Source of the DNA: an uncultured Planctomycetota bacterium
GTDB lineage: Bacteria; Planctomycetota; GCA-002687715; CAIWVZ01
Reading direction: 5' to 3'
Assembly (NCBI GenBank): GCA_903916245.1
Contig: CAIWVZ010000038.1
Span: forward strand, 1-53,038
DNA length: 53,038 nt
The translations under genes were made by a program, and so were the position numbers. Of this stretch, positions 10,470 through 19,819 are shown one piece after another. Below the pieces are notes generated by a model that saw nothing but the letters and a program-made list of their open reading frames with translations, did not search any database and had not been told where the DNA came from. Every line of letters begins with the position of its first letter. The stretch's first letter is position 1.

Positions 10470-10987
10470 TCGCGGAGCGCGGCGGGGAGACGTAGGCCGG
10501 GAGACTCCTCCGACCACGCGACGACGCAGAAACGCCAACCCTCGGCGGTTTTGATCAAGGTGAACGCGTTGACGCCCCGGGCGAACGGCTCGCCGTTTCG
10601 CGTACGTGACGACGCATACGACGACCACACGCTCGCGACGCCACCGAATACCTCGACGCGGGTGACCATCGGTCGCTCGTAGAACGACTCTTCCGCCGCG
10701 TTGCGCGACGCCCCCTCGACGAACGCATCGACCGAGAACGTCCGACTGCGCGGCTTGCCGTCGCGCCCCACGCCCGAGATGCAGAAGTAGCCTTCGGGAA
10801 CGAAGAGTTCCTTCAGGCGCTCCCAAGGACGTGCGACGCCCTTCTCTCCGGAAACCACCGCGTAGAGCGTATCGACCGCCGCGCGGACGGCGACGTCGTC
10901 GGGCTCGGGAGCGCTCGCGACGTCGCCGCGCGTCCCGGCGCAGGACGACGCGAATACGCACACGGCGAAGATCGCGACGCGGATCAC
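10463..10987 (-). CDS. Putative lipoprotein, NTF2/SnoaL-like fold
   Basis: GTG overlapping upstream stop; hydrophobic stretch ending ASSC; LYAVVSG...W...LF...FGGVASVWSSY...RGVN. Confidence 0.7.
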   Translation of the reverse strand: MIRVAIFAVCVFASSCAGTRGDVASAPEPDDVAVRAAVDTLYAVVSGEKGVARPWERLKELFVPEGYFCISGVGRDGKPRSRTFSVDAFVEGASRNAAEESFYERPMVTRVEVFGGVASVWSSYASSRTRNGEPFARGVNAFTLIKTAEGWRFCVVAWSEESPGLRLPAALRDH

Positions 10988-11832
10988 TTCACGGCTCCGG
11001 AGTCGCGTAGGATGGTGACTTTCGTCGGTATCGACGTACAGACGACTCGGAAACCGACCATCGGGGCGTCGGACAACCACCACGTGCTCTTCGGGATGTT
11101 GGGGTCGGTCGACTGCCATGATTTCAAGTACGGACGACGCTTGTCGACGGCGGTGTTCTTCGGATGGTCGGTGTAGTTGCCGCCCTTGGTGACGCCCTTC
11201 GTGTCGGGCGTGTCACACCACTCCTGCACGTTGCCGTGAAGGTCGAAAAGGCCCCATGCATTCGGTCGTTTCGTCGTACCGACGGGTTGCGGTACGCCCG
11301 CGGAGTTCAATCCCGTCCACGCGTAATCGCCGATCGACTCCATCGGGACGCAGAGCGAACCCTGTGCCCCCGCGAGAGCGAGCGTCTCGAATTCGCCCTC
11401 CGACGGGAGCCGGAAGGTGCCGCCCGTGCGCAGCGACAACCAAGCGGCGAACGCGCTCGCTCCGCGGTGGCTGACGGAGATGACCGGATACCCCGCGTGG
11501 CCGAGCCCACGATCCGGCGGGACGTAGGGCTTGCTCGGTCGGGTGACGCCGTCCAAGTCCTTCTCGCCTTCACCCACGTCGAGGAGGTAGACGAACGGGT
11601 CGTACGCGTCCCACGGGATTTCCGTGGACGCACACCAAAACTCCTTGCCGCCGAACGACGCCGCGGGCACGGCCACCATCTTCAGTTCCCACGTGGATCC
11701 GGGCACGACGAAGCGAAAGTCCTTCGCGACCGGCCGCGACGACGGCGCGCTTTCCGCGGTCGGACGGGACGTCTGTGCGACGACGCCCGCGGCGACGGCG
11801 AGTACGATCGGGAGCGTGATCAGAATCCTCAT
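10984..11832 (-). CDS. Secreted FGE-sulfatase/SUMF1-fold protein lacking the catalytic cysteines
   Basis: FRLPSEGEFE, PNAWGLFDLHGNVQEW, KGGNY, VGFRVV; signal peptide. Confidence 0.88.
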   Translation of the reverse strand: MRILITLPIVLAVAAGVVAQTSRPTAESAPSSRPVAKDFRFVVPGSTWELKMVAVPAASFGGKEFWCASTEIPWDAYDPFVYLLDVGEGEKDLDGVTRPSKPYVPPDRGLGHAGYPVISVSHRGASAFAAWLSLRTGGTFRLPSEGEFETLALAGAQGSLCVPMESIGDYAWTGLNSAGVPQPVGTTKRPNAWGLFDLHGNVQEWCDTPDTKGVTKGGNYTDHPKNTAVDKRRPYLKSWQSTDPNIPKSTWWLSDAPMVGFRVVCTSIPTKVTILRDSGAVK

Positions 11833-12817
11833 GGTCGTGGCGATGCTCGCGTGCGGATGCGCCACCGTGGAAACCCCGGTGGCCCCCGCGGGGCCTTTCC
11901 GGGGATCCTACCTCCGGGGAGCGATGGGAACCGTCGCCCGCATCGTGGTGTGGGCTCCGGACGAGGCCTCCGCCGTCGAAGCCGCGCGCAAGGGATTCGC
12001 CCTGATCGACACCATCGAAGCGTCCCTCACGGATTGGAAGCCGACATCCGAAACCGCCGCCGCGAGTCGTGCCGCGGGGGGGCCGCCCCTTCCGGTGGGC
12101 GCCCTGTTTCTCGATGCGGTCGCCGTCGCGAAAGCCGCGGCCCGTGCGACGGACGGTGCCTTCGACCCCACGATCGCTCCCGTGGTGGCGTTGTGGCGCA
12201 CGGCACGCAAGACGGGAACGCTTCCCGCGCCGGAGGCGCGCGACGCCGCCGTCGCCCTGCGCGGATGGCGCGAAATCGCCCTCGATCGCGTCCGCGGCAC
12301 AGTTCGCCTTCCCCGCCCCGGAATGGCGCTCGATTTCGGCGGCATCGGCAAGGGCTACGCCGCCGACCGCGTCGTGGCGCTCCTTCGGGCGTCGGGGTTC
12401 CCCGCGTGTCTCTGCGAAATCGGCGGCGACTTTGCCATGGGTGAACCACCGCCGGACGCCGCGGGTTGGCGCATCGGGACGCACTCGACGCCGCCCTTGG
12501 TGGTCGCGAATCGCGGGGTGGCGACCAGCGGCGACACGGAACAACACGTCGACATCGACGGCGTTCGTTGGTCGCACATCGTGGACCCCGACACGGGTCT
12601 CGGCGTCACCGAACGCCGATTGGTTACGGTCGTCGCCGACGATGGAGCCACGGCCGACGCGTGGGCGACCGCGCTCTCCGTCTTGGGGCCCGAACGCGGA
12701 TTCGCCCGTCTTCCGAAAAACGTCGAGGCCCGGATCGTCGTGCGTCCGGGCCTCGGAACCGCGTCCGAAAACGTCTACGAAACGCCGGGCTACCGGAAGC
12801 TGTCCGCCTCGCGATAA
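11816..12817 (+). CDS. apbE: FAD:protein FMN transferase (ApbE), lipoprotein
   Basis: MIRILMVVAMLACGC lipoprotein-type signal (start GTG 11816 or ATG 11831); AMGT, GAFDPT, LDFGGIGKGYAAD, VATSGD, HIVDPDTG, ADAWAT. Confidence 0.9.
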   Translation: MIRILMVVAMLACGCATVETPVAPAGPFRGSYLRGAMGTVARIVVWAPDEASAVEAARKGFALIDTIEASLTDWKPTSETAAASRAAGGPPLPVGALFLDAVAVAKAAARATDGAFDPTIAPVVALWRTARKTGTLPAPEARDAAVALRGWREIALDRVRGTVRLPRPGMALDFGGIGKGYAADRVVALLRASGFPACLCEIGGDFAMGEPPPDAAGWRIGTHSTPPLVVANRGVATSGDTEQHVDIDGVRWSHIVDPDTGLGVTERRLVTVVADDGATADAWATALSVLGPERGFARLPKNVEARIVVRPGLGTASENVYETPGYRKLSASR

Positions 12818-13707
12818 GCCTTCACGACCGCCGCTTCGCCTTCGACGCCGTCCATCGAATTGCCGTGCTCCATGCCGATGATGCCTTTGAAGCCCTTCGC
12901 ATGGATGTGCTTGAACACGTTCCGGTAGTTGATCTCGCCCGTCCCCGGCTCGTTGCGGCCCGGATTGTCGCCGGTTTGGAAGTAGGCGATCTCGTCCCAA
13001 GCCTTGTCGATGTTCGGGATCAGGTTCCCCTCGGTGATCTGCTGGTGATAGATGTCGAAGAGGATCTTGCAGGACGGCGACTTCACCGCACGACAGATGA
13101 GATAAGCCTGCGGGATCTTGGTGAGGAAAAGCCCGGGGTGGTCGCGGAAGGGATTCAACGGTTCGAGCACCATCACGAGACCGGCCTTCTCGCAGATCTC
13201 GGCGGCGTATCGCAGGTTCTCGATGACGTTCGCCGTCTGATAGTCCCACTCGAGGCGTTGGTCGTAACGCCCCGGAACGACGGTCGTCCACGTGGCGCCG
13301 ACGCGCTTCGCCACTTCGACGGACTGCGTCATCTCCTTCTTGATGAACTCGCGGAAACCCTTGTCGGACGAAGCGAAATTCACCTTGCTGAAATCGGCCA
13401 TGCTGACGAACACGCCCATGCGCATGCCGTGCCGATCGAGGCCCTTGCGGATGCGCTCCTGCTCTTCGACGGAACGTCCGCGCATCCCGTTGTCTTCGAT
13501 GGCGCGGAACCCGTTGTCCGCCATGAAGGCGAGTTCGCCGTCGATGTCGCCCTTGCCGCTCGCTCCGAACATCCCGAAGTGAGGGGCGTAGTCGAGATTG
13601 AACGGTGCCGACGACGACGCGGCGGCGCCGGCGATCGTGGGTGACACCGCGGATGCGGCGACGGCGGCCGACGCGGACAAAAGGAATGAACGACGATCGA
13701 GTGTCAT
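12790..13707 (-). CDS. Hydroxypyruvate-isomerase-family TIM barrel with Tat signal
   Basis: DRRSFL, YAPHFGMF, LEPLN, LFDIYHQQ, QTGDNPGRNEPGTGEINY, GMEH. Confidence 0.9.
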   Translation of the reverse strand: MTLDRRSFLLSASAAVAASAVSPTIAGAAASSSAPFNLDYAPHFGMFGASGKGDIDGELAFMADNGFRAIEDNGMRGRSVEEQERIRKGLDRHGMRMGVFVSMADFSKVNFASSDKGFREFIKKEMTQSVEVAKRVGATWTTVVPGRYDQRLEWDYQTANVIENLRYAAEICEKAGLVMVLEPLNPFRDHPGLFLTKIPQAYLICRAVKSPSCKILFDIYHQQITEGNLIPNIDKAWDEIAYFQTGDNPGRNEPGTGEINYRNVFKHIHAKGFKGIIGMEHGNSMDGVEGEAAVVKAYREADSFR

Positions 13708-13718
13708 GAGCGGCTCCT

Positions 13719-15026
13719 TCAGGCGAGGCGGGTACGGCCGGGGACGGCGACGGGAGGAACGTCGATTTTTCCGGACGCGAGATCTTTGGGGAACGTGTCG
13801 AGCATCGACTTGTTCAACGCGAAGTCGTACGAGACTTCCTGTCCCGTGTACGCGGCCATGCGTGCCATGATCGCCACGAGATTGGATTCGGCGATGCGCG
13901 TCGCTTCGTTCAGCGGCTTGCCGTCGCGGATCGACGCGATGAGGTCGATGTGCTCCTGCACGTAGGGGTCGGTGTAGTCGCCGCCTTCGTAGGTCCAAAC
14001 GGCGGTCTTGGACGCGCCCCATGCGTTGAGGCGATTCGGCGTCCATCCGTGCCCCTTCGTTCCCGCGACGTACTCGCCGACGCGTCCGGCGGAGCCGTCG
14101 ATTTGACGCGAGTACGACGCGGCATGTCGGCCGTCGGCCCATTCGAAGTCCACGGCGAAGTGGTCGAAGATGTGGCCGTACGCCGCGTCGGTGCGGACTT
14201 GGCGCCCCCCCAAAGAGGTGCACTTCGTGGGCGGTCCGCCCATGGCCCAGCACATCACGTCGAGATTGTGGACATGCTGTTCGACGATGTGATCACCCGA
14301 AAGCCATGTGAAGTAGAGCCAGTTGCGGGCCTGCCATTCGAGATCGGTCATCGTCGGGGTGCGATCCTTCTTCCAAAGGGCTCCCTGATTCCAGTAGACC
14401 GAGCACGTGACGACGTCTCCGATCACCCCGTCGGCGATCGCCTTCATCATCTCGACGTAGGGCTTTTGGTGGCGACGCTGCGTTCCGGTGACGAATCCCT
14501 TCTTCTTCGCATCGAGAATGCGGGACGCTTCGAGCACTTTGCGGATACCGACGGGATCGACCGCGACGGGCTTCTCCGCGAAGATGTGCTTGCCGGCGTT
14601 CGCGGCGGCGAGAATCTGATCGGGGCGGAAACCGGGCGGCGACGCGAGAATCACGAGATCGCAGTCCGTCGCGAGGACCTGTCGGTAGGACTCGTAACCC
14701 GTGAAGCAGCGCTCCGGCGGGAGATCCACGCGCCCGCCGTACTTGTCCTTCTCCTCGACGGCGATGCGGTTCAGATAGTCGCGGCAGCCGTCGACACGAT
14801 CCTGGAAGGCATCGGCGAGGGCGACGATCTTCACCGAGGGATGCGCGTCGAGGCAGTTTTGTGCGGCGCCCGTTCCGCGGCCGCCGCATCCGATGACGCC
14901 GACCTTCAGGACATCGCGTCCCTCGGCGAAGGCACCGAGCGGCACGGCGTGCGAGGCGGCGATGGCCGCGGCCCCGGCGGCGGACGAAGCGAGAAAACGG
15001 CGGCGAGAAGAATCGGGTCGGGTCAT
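13719..15026 (-). CDS. Gfo/Idh/MocA oxidoreductase, Tat-exported
   Basis: SRRRFL, IGCGGRGTGA, ASPPGFRP, AEKP, GDHIVEQHVHNLD. Confidence 0.93.
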   Translation of the reverse strand: MTRPDSSRRRFLASSAAGAAAIAASHAVPLGAFAEGRDVLKVGVIGCGGRGTGAAQNCLDAHPSVKIVALADAFQDRVDGCRDYLNRIAVEEKDKYGGRVDLPPERCFTGYESYRQVLATDCDLVILASPPGFRPDQILAAANAGKHIFAEKPVAVDPVGIRKVLEASRILDAKKKGFVTGTQRRHQKPYVEMMKAIADGVIGDVVTCSVYWNQGALWKKDRTPTMTDLEWQARNWLYFTWLSGDHIVEQHVHNLDVMCWAMGGPPTKCTSLGGRQVRTDAAYGHIFDHFAVDFEWADGRHAASYSRQIDGSAGRVGEYVAGTKGHGWTPNRLNAWGASKTAVWTYEGGDYTDPYVQEHIDLIASIRDGKPLNEATRIAESNLVAIMARMAAYTGQEVSYDFALNKSMLDTFPKDLASGKIDVPPVAVPGRTRLA

Positions 15027-15149
15027 GATGCGTACTCCTCGAAGGGTGATCGCATCATGGAGCGGCGGTCACGATCCGTGTACCCCGCCTGCCCCTCCGC
15101 TTTCCGCGAGCGGAAAGCGGAGGCACGGGACGTTCACCGATGCGGAGGG

Positions 15150-16466
15150 CTAATCGTCGAGCGAGACGCCCGTTCGATCCTTGAGCAGGAACCAACCGGC
15201 GACGAGCGAGACGGCCGTCACGATCATCGGGTACCAAAGTCCCGCATACATGTTTCCGGTGTTCGCGACCATCGCCGTGCCGATGTAGGGCACCAATCCG
15301 CCGAATAGTCCATTGCCCAAGTGATAGGGCAACGACATCGACGTGTAACGGATCCGCGTCGGAAACATCTCGACGAGGAACGCCGCCATCGGACCGTAGA
15401 CCAGTCCGACGATCGCCACCTGAGCGGCGACGAGAAGCATGAGGCCCGTCATATCCGGGTCGCCCGGGACGACGGCGGCCGCCGCCATCGCTCGATAGAT
15501 CGGGAACCATGCGGCGAGCGCCGCGACGAATCCCGCGAGGATCACCGGCTTGCGACCGATCCGGTCGGAGAGGGCTCCGGCGGCGACGATCGCGGGGGTG
15601 CCGAGGATGAGCCCTCCGGCGACGGCGATGTTCGCGTTGATGAAGTCGATCTTCAGCACCGTCTGAAGGAAATACAGCGCGTAGAACTGGCCCGTGTACC
15701 ACACGACCGCTTGCCCGGCGGTGGCACCGACGAGTGCGATCGCCACCGTTTTCAGATTCTCCGGACGCGTCAGAGTTTCCTTCAGCGGATTCGTCGACAG
15801 CCGTCCCGACGCCTTCATCTTGAGGAACGCGGGTGATTCGGAAATCCGGCGTCGGATGAACCACGAAAACAACACGAGTACGACGGAAAGCAGGAACGGG
15901 ATGCGCCATCCCCAGCGCTCGAACTCCGCCTGACCGAGTTCGGTGCGGCACCAAAGGATCACACCGAGCGACAGGAGAAAGCCGAGCGTGGCGGTCGTTT
16001 GGATGAACGACGTCCAAAAGCCGCGTCGATCGGCGGGTGCGTGTTCGGCCACGTACGTCGCCGCACCCCCGTATTCACCGCCCATCGCGAGCCCCTGCAG
16101 AAGACGCAGGATGACGAGCAGCGTCGGCGCGAGCACGCCCGCCTGCTCCCATGTGGGCAGGAGACCGATACCCGTCGTCGCGAATCCCATGACGAGCAGC
16201 GTGACCAAAAACGCGTGCTTGCGCCCGACCATGTCGCCGACGCGGCCGAAGACGAGCGCACCGAACGGACGCACCACGAATCCCGTTGCGAAGGTCGCCA
16301 ACGTCGACAAAAGTGCGGCCGTCGGATTGTCCTTCGGAAAGAAGGCGCCGCTCATCACGGTCGCCAACGACCCGAAGATGTAGAAGTCGTACCACTCGAT
16401 CAGCGTCCCCGCGGACGACGCCGCGAGGACGGTACGGATGCCGCCGTCGGTCCGTGTTTCGCTCAT
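15150..16466 (-). CDS. MFS transporter, metabolite:H+ symporter (MHS) family
   Basis: GTLIEWYDF, RPFGALVFGRVGDMVGRK, GGEYGGA, WGWRIPFL, EMFPTRIRY; ATGA overlap. Confidence 0.92.
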   Translation of the reverse strand: MSETRTDGGIRTVLAASSAGTLIEWYDFYIFGSLATVMSGAFFPKDNPTAALLSTLATFATGFVVRPFGALVFGRVGDMVGRKHAFLVTLLVMGFATTGIGLLPTWEQAGVLAPTLLVILRLLQGLAMGGEYGGAATYVAEHAPADRRGFWTSFIQTTATLGFLLSLGVILWCRTELGQAEFERWGWRIPFLLSVVLVLFSWFIRRRISESPAFLKMKASGRLSTNPLKETLTRPENLKTVAIALVGATAGQAVVWYTGQFYALYFLQTVLKIDFINANIAVAGGLILGTPAIVAAGALSDRIGRKPVILAGFVAALAAWFPIYRAMAAAAVVPGDPDMTGLMLLVAAQVAIVGLVYGPMAAFLVEMFPTRIRYTSMSLPYHLGNGLFGGLVPYIGTAMVANTGNMYAGLWYPMIVTAVSLVAGWFLLKDRTGVSLDD

Positions 16467-17719
16467 CGCTTCACGGGGACGATTTCGACGTCCTTGAAGT
16501 GGATTTCGACGCCTTCGGACTGCAGGCAGATCTTTCCGGCTCCGAGGTCGGCCTTCGTCCCCCGGTTGACGACCTTGCCGTTCACGCGCAGTTCGACGTC
16601 GCCGCCGTCGACTTCGATCTCGTAGCGATTCCATTCGCCGACGGGGTTTTCCGCGGCGACGAGTTTCGCGGTACGCACGCCCTTCGTGCGTGCGGGATCG
16701 GTGTCGATCGAGAACCCTCCGATGCGGAAGAAGTCGCCGGCGTTGCGCGACATGAGTTGCGCTTCGAGGCACCGCGGCCACACCTTGTCGGGGCCCGTCA
16801 TGCGGAAGAGCACTCCGGAGTTGCCTTCGGCCTTCGTCACCGGCGAAAAGCGCCACGAAAGCGAAAGGATGAAGTGTTCGAAGTCGGCCTCGGTCTTCAC
16901 GTAACCCGACGGAGATCCCTTGCAGACGAGCACGCCGTCTTCGACGGACCACGTTCCGGCGGGATCGGCGGCGGGTTCGAGATGCGCCTTCCAACCCGAG
17001 AGATCCTTGCCGTTGAACAGTCGACGCGACGCGCCGCCTTCGAACGTCCTGATGCGGATGTTGCGGTACCACACGTCGTCGCCGTGGTCCTGCAGAACGA
17101 TGCGTCCACGAGTCGTCGTACCGAAACGAGGCATGTCCTTGAATTTGCTCGCCTTGACTTTCGCCTTCCATTCTTCCGACGCCGTATCGAACGCGACGAC
17201 GCGGACGCCGTTCAACCAGTGCTCGACGCGCGTGCCGATCGCGACGATGCGGCCTTCGTTGAACTCGCCGACGGGTCGCAGCACCTTGCCGACGCCTTCA
17301 TAGAGCGCGTAGCAGCCCGCCGCCGACGTCTTCGGATCCTTGCCGTCGGCGTGCTTCGCATCGTCGAGAATCTGGTATTCGGGAGCCGTCATCCACGGAG
17401 CGTTTTCCGACTCGCTCGAGCGATACATCACGCCCGAGTTGGCGCCTTCGGCGACCTTCCATTCGAAGCGGAAGTCGAAGTCGCCGTACTCGTCGGCGGT
17501 CGCGATGTCACCGCCCCCACCCCCCGCGAGATGGCGCAGAGTCCCATTCTCGACGGCCCATCCCTTCGACGGAAACTCCTTGCCGCGGAACGAGCGCCAC
17601 CCGTCGGACGAAACTCCGTCGAAGAGAACCTTCCAAGGCGAAGCGGTGCGGTCTCCTTCCTGAGCGAACGACGAGGCGACGAGGACGCAAACGACTGCGA
17701 CGACACGAGTCAGGTTCAT
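16463..17719 (-). CDS. Secreted tandem DUF1080 protein
   Basis: Signal peptide; two LF[DN]G...GW...WxVExG...NSGV...G.I.LQ...[YF][RK][ND] domains. Confidence 0.9.
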   Translation of the reverse strand: MNLTRVVAVVCVLVASSFAQEGDRTASPWKVLFDGVSSDGWRSFRGKEFPSKGWAVENGTLRHLAGGGGGDIATADEYGDFDFRFEWKVAEGANSGVMYRSSESENAPWMTAPEYQILDDAKHADGKDPKTSAAGCYALYEGVGKVLRPVGEFNEGRIVAIGTRVEHWLNGVRVVAFDTASEEWKAKVKASKFKDMPRFGTTTRGRIVLQDHGDDVWYRNIRIRTFEGGASRRLFNGKDLSGWKAHLEPAADPAGTWSVEDGVLVCKGSPSGYVKTEADFEHFILSLSWRFSPVTKAEGNSGVLFRMTGPDKVWPRCLEAQLMSRNAGDFFRIGGFSIDTDPARTKGVRTAKLVAAENPVGEWNRYEIEVDGGDVELRVNGKVVNRGTKADLGAGKICLQSEGVEIHFKDVEIVPVKR

Positions 17720-17872
17720 GACCGAAATCTCCGGGTGCGAAGCGTACACGATCGGGACGTGACGACGACGTGCGGCTGCCCCGCGTTTCGCGAGGGAGCG
17801 TCGCGGGCGCTTCATTCGCGGGGCACCCCGGACATTCCACCGATCGCGGTTCCAATGATCGACGTGGGGGCC

Positions 17873-17884
17873 TAGACTTTCCCC
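17873..17884 (+). promoter_or_regulatory. -10-like box TAGACT 6 nt before ATG 17885 (possible leaderless transcript)
   Basis: Spacing consistent with TSS at the start codon; no SD present. Confidence 0.4.
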
Positions 17885-19741
17885 ATGCGATCCCTCTCTC
17901 GACACCTCGCGGGCCTGCTCGTCGCCACGGCCTCGCTGTCCGCCCAGTTCCCCGCTACGTCCGCGACGAACGCGCCCATCGCGAACGCGTCGGGCGACCA
18001 AGCCGTGCCGAAACTGGCGGTCACCGCCGACGGCGGCTCGTGGATCGCTTGGTTCGACGGGAGCGTCGGCGGGTATGCGGTCCGCATCCAACGGCTCGAT
18101 CGCAACGGCTACGAGCAGTTCCCCCACAACGGGCTCCTCGTGAGTTCGAACCCGCAGTCCACGTCGTTGGTGGACTGGGATCTCATCACGGACTCGTCGG
18201 GGAACGCGGTTCTCACGTTCACCGACACGCGTGCGGGAGGCGATCTCGACGTCTACGCCTACCGCATCTCGCCTTCGGGACAGTTCCTTTGGGGAGCCAA
18301 CGGCATCGCCCTGTCGAACGACGCGCATTACGAAGCGAATCCCGTCGTCGCTGAAATGACGGACGGGTCGTTCGTGTTCGCGTGGATGCGTTCGGTCACG
18401 GGCGCGGTGGCGCGCCTCGGTGTTCAGCGCCTCGATCCGTCGGGACTGCCGCAACTCGGGGCGAACGGCATGGAAATCTTCGGCGGAACCACCGACGACC
18501 CGGGTTTCGTGGGCATCGTTCCGTCGGTCAACGGGCACTTCATCCTCGCGTGGATTCGCGACATCACGCCGTTCTCCGCCCCGCGACATCTTTGGGCGCA
18601 ACGCTACGACTCCGCGGGGACCCCGCAGTGGGGTACGGCCCCCGTGCAGGTCTTCAATTCCTCGGCCCTCCCCATCGCCTACAAGCCCGACATGATTCCG
18701 GACGGGTCGGGCGGCGCGTGGCTCGCGTGGCACGTCAGCGTCGGATCGTTCTATCAGTCCCGCGTACAGAGACTCGATGTCGCGGGCGCCGAAGTGTTCG
18801 CGCACAACGGCGTCGAAATCTCTCTCGAACCGAACCGCTCCGATTTTAATCCGTCGATCGTTCCGCTCGCGGGGACGGGCGATGTGATCGTCTTCTACAA
18901 CAAGCGCGACGCGGGTCAGGCGCAGTGGGGCATCGGCGGTCAACGCGTGACCGCGACCGGTTCGCTGGCTTGGGGCACGAACGGGATCGAATACGTCCCC
19001 TTCGACTCGACGGTGGAAGAAGTGCCGCGCGCGGTGGCGACGTCGAACGGCGCCATGTGTTTCGTGGAGCAGGGCGTTCCGGGGCAAAACGCGGGAGTCA
19101 ACGGTCTCGTGGGTTTCCGCGTCGACGGCGCGGGCACTCCGCTGTGGACGCCGACGGTATTGACCGTCGCCGCGACCCCGAGCGGGAAAGACAAGTTGCG
19201 CGTCGCCCCGGTTCCGGGCGACGGCGCCGTCCTCGTTTGGAACGATTCACGTACGGACATCAACGACGTCTACGCTCAAAGCGTCCGAGGCGACGGTGGT
19301 CTCGGTCCGCTTCCGGCGTCGTTCACCGCCTACGGATGCGGCCTCAATCCGTCGAATTCGTTGACCCTCGTCGGCGGCGCACCGTCCATCGGCGGCGGAT
19401 TCAGCCTCGCCGTCGTCGATCCGACCGCGTCGTTCGCGCCGGGAGCCTCGACGTTCCTCGCTCTCGCCGCATTGCCGCCGGTCGGTTTCCCGTGCGGGAT
19501 CCCCCTCGGAAACACCGGCATGGCACCCGGAACCACGGGAGAACTTCTCGTCGATCTCGGCACGTTGCTCGTTCCGCTGATCGGAGGAAGTCCCTACGGG
19601 ACAACGCCTTCGACATTCGGATTGACGGTCCCCGCCCTCCCGTGGCTCGTCGGCATCGACGTGTTCTCGCAGGCCGCGGTGATCGACGCGGCGGGCCGCG
19701 TCGGTCTGACGCAAGGCGGCGTGATCCACATCGGCCCCTGA
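17885..19741 (+). CDS. Secreted repeat (probable beta-propeller) protein with conserved C-terminal beta-domain
   Basis: Signal peptide SLSA-Q; repeated QR[LY]DxxG..WG..G blades; C-terminal domain shared with other ORFs in window. Confidence 0.85.
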   Translation: MRSLSRHLAGLLVATASLSAQFPATSATNAPIANASGDQAVPKLAVTADGGSWIAWFDGSVGGYAVRIQRLDRNGYEQFPHNGLLVSSNPQSTSLVDWDLITDSSGNAVLTFTDTRAGGDLDVYAYRISPSGQFLWGANGIALSNDAHYEANPVVAEMTDGSFVFAWMRSVTGAVARLGVQRLDPSGLPQLGANGMEIFGGTTDDPGFVGIVPSVNGHFILAWIRDITPFSAPRHLWAQRYDSAGTPQWGTAPVQVFNSSALPIAYKPDMIPDGSGGAWLAWHVSVGSFYQSRVQRLDVAGAEVFAHNGVEISLEPNRSDFNPSIVPLAGTGDVIVFYNKRDAGQAQWGIGGQRVTATGSLAWGTNGIEYVPFDSTVEEVPRAVATSNGAMCFVEQGVPGQNAGVNGLVGFRVDGAGTPLWTPTVLTVAATPSGKDKLRVAPVPGDGAVLVWNDSRTDINDVYAQSVRGDGGLGPLPASFTAYGCGLNPSNSLTLVGGAPSIGGGFSLAVVDPTASFAPGASTFLALAALPPVGFPCGIPLGNTGMAPGTTGELLVDLGTLLVPLIGGSPYGTTPSTFGLTVPALPWLVGIDVFSQAAVIDAAGRVGLTQGGVIHIGP

Positions 19742-19819
19742 GGAACGCGGTCGACTTCCCACACGACGGCGGTGGATGAAGCTTCGGCGGATATCATGAC
19801 GGTCCATCGGAGTCCCACC

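Noticed and set aside
165-19087. Apparent long N-terminal extensions/fusions in the ORF track (e.g. 165..2030, 7002..8759, 15150..17171, 16463..19087)
   Set aside because: Extensions overlap neighbouring genes in other frames; real starts sit at ATGA/GTGA overlaps or at signal peptides.
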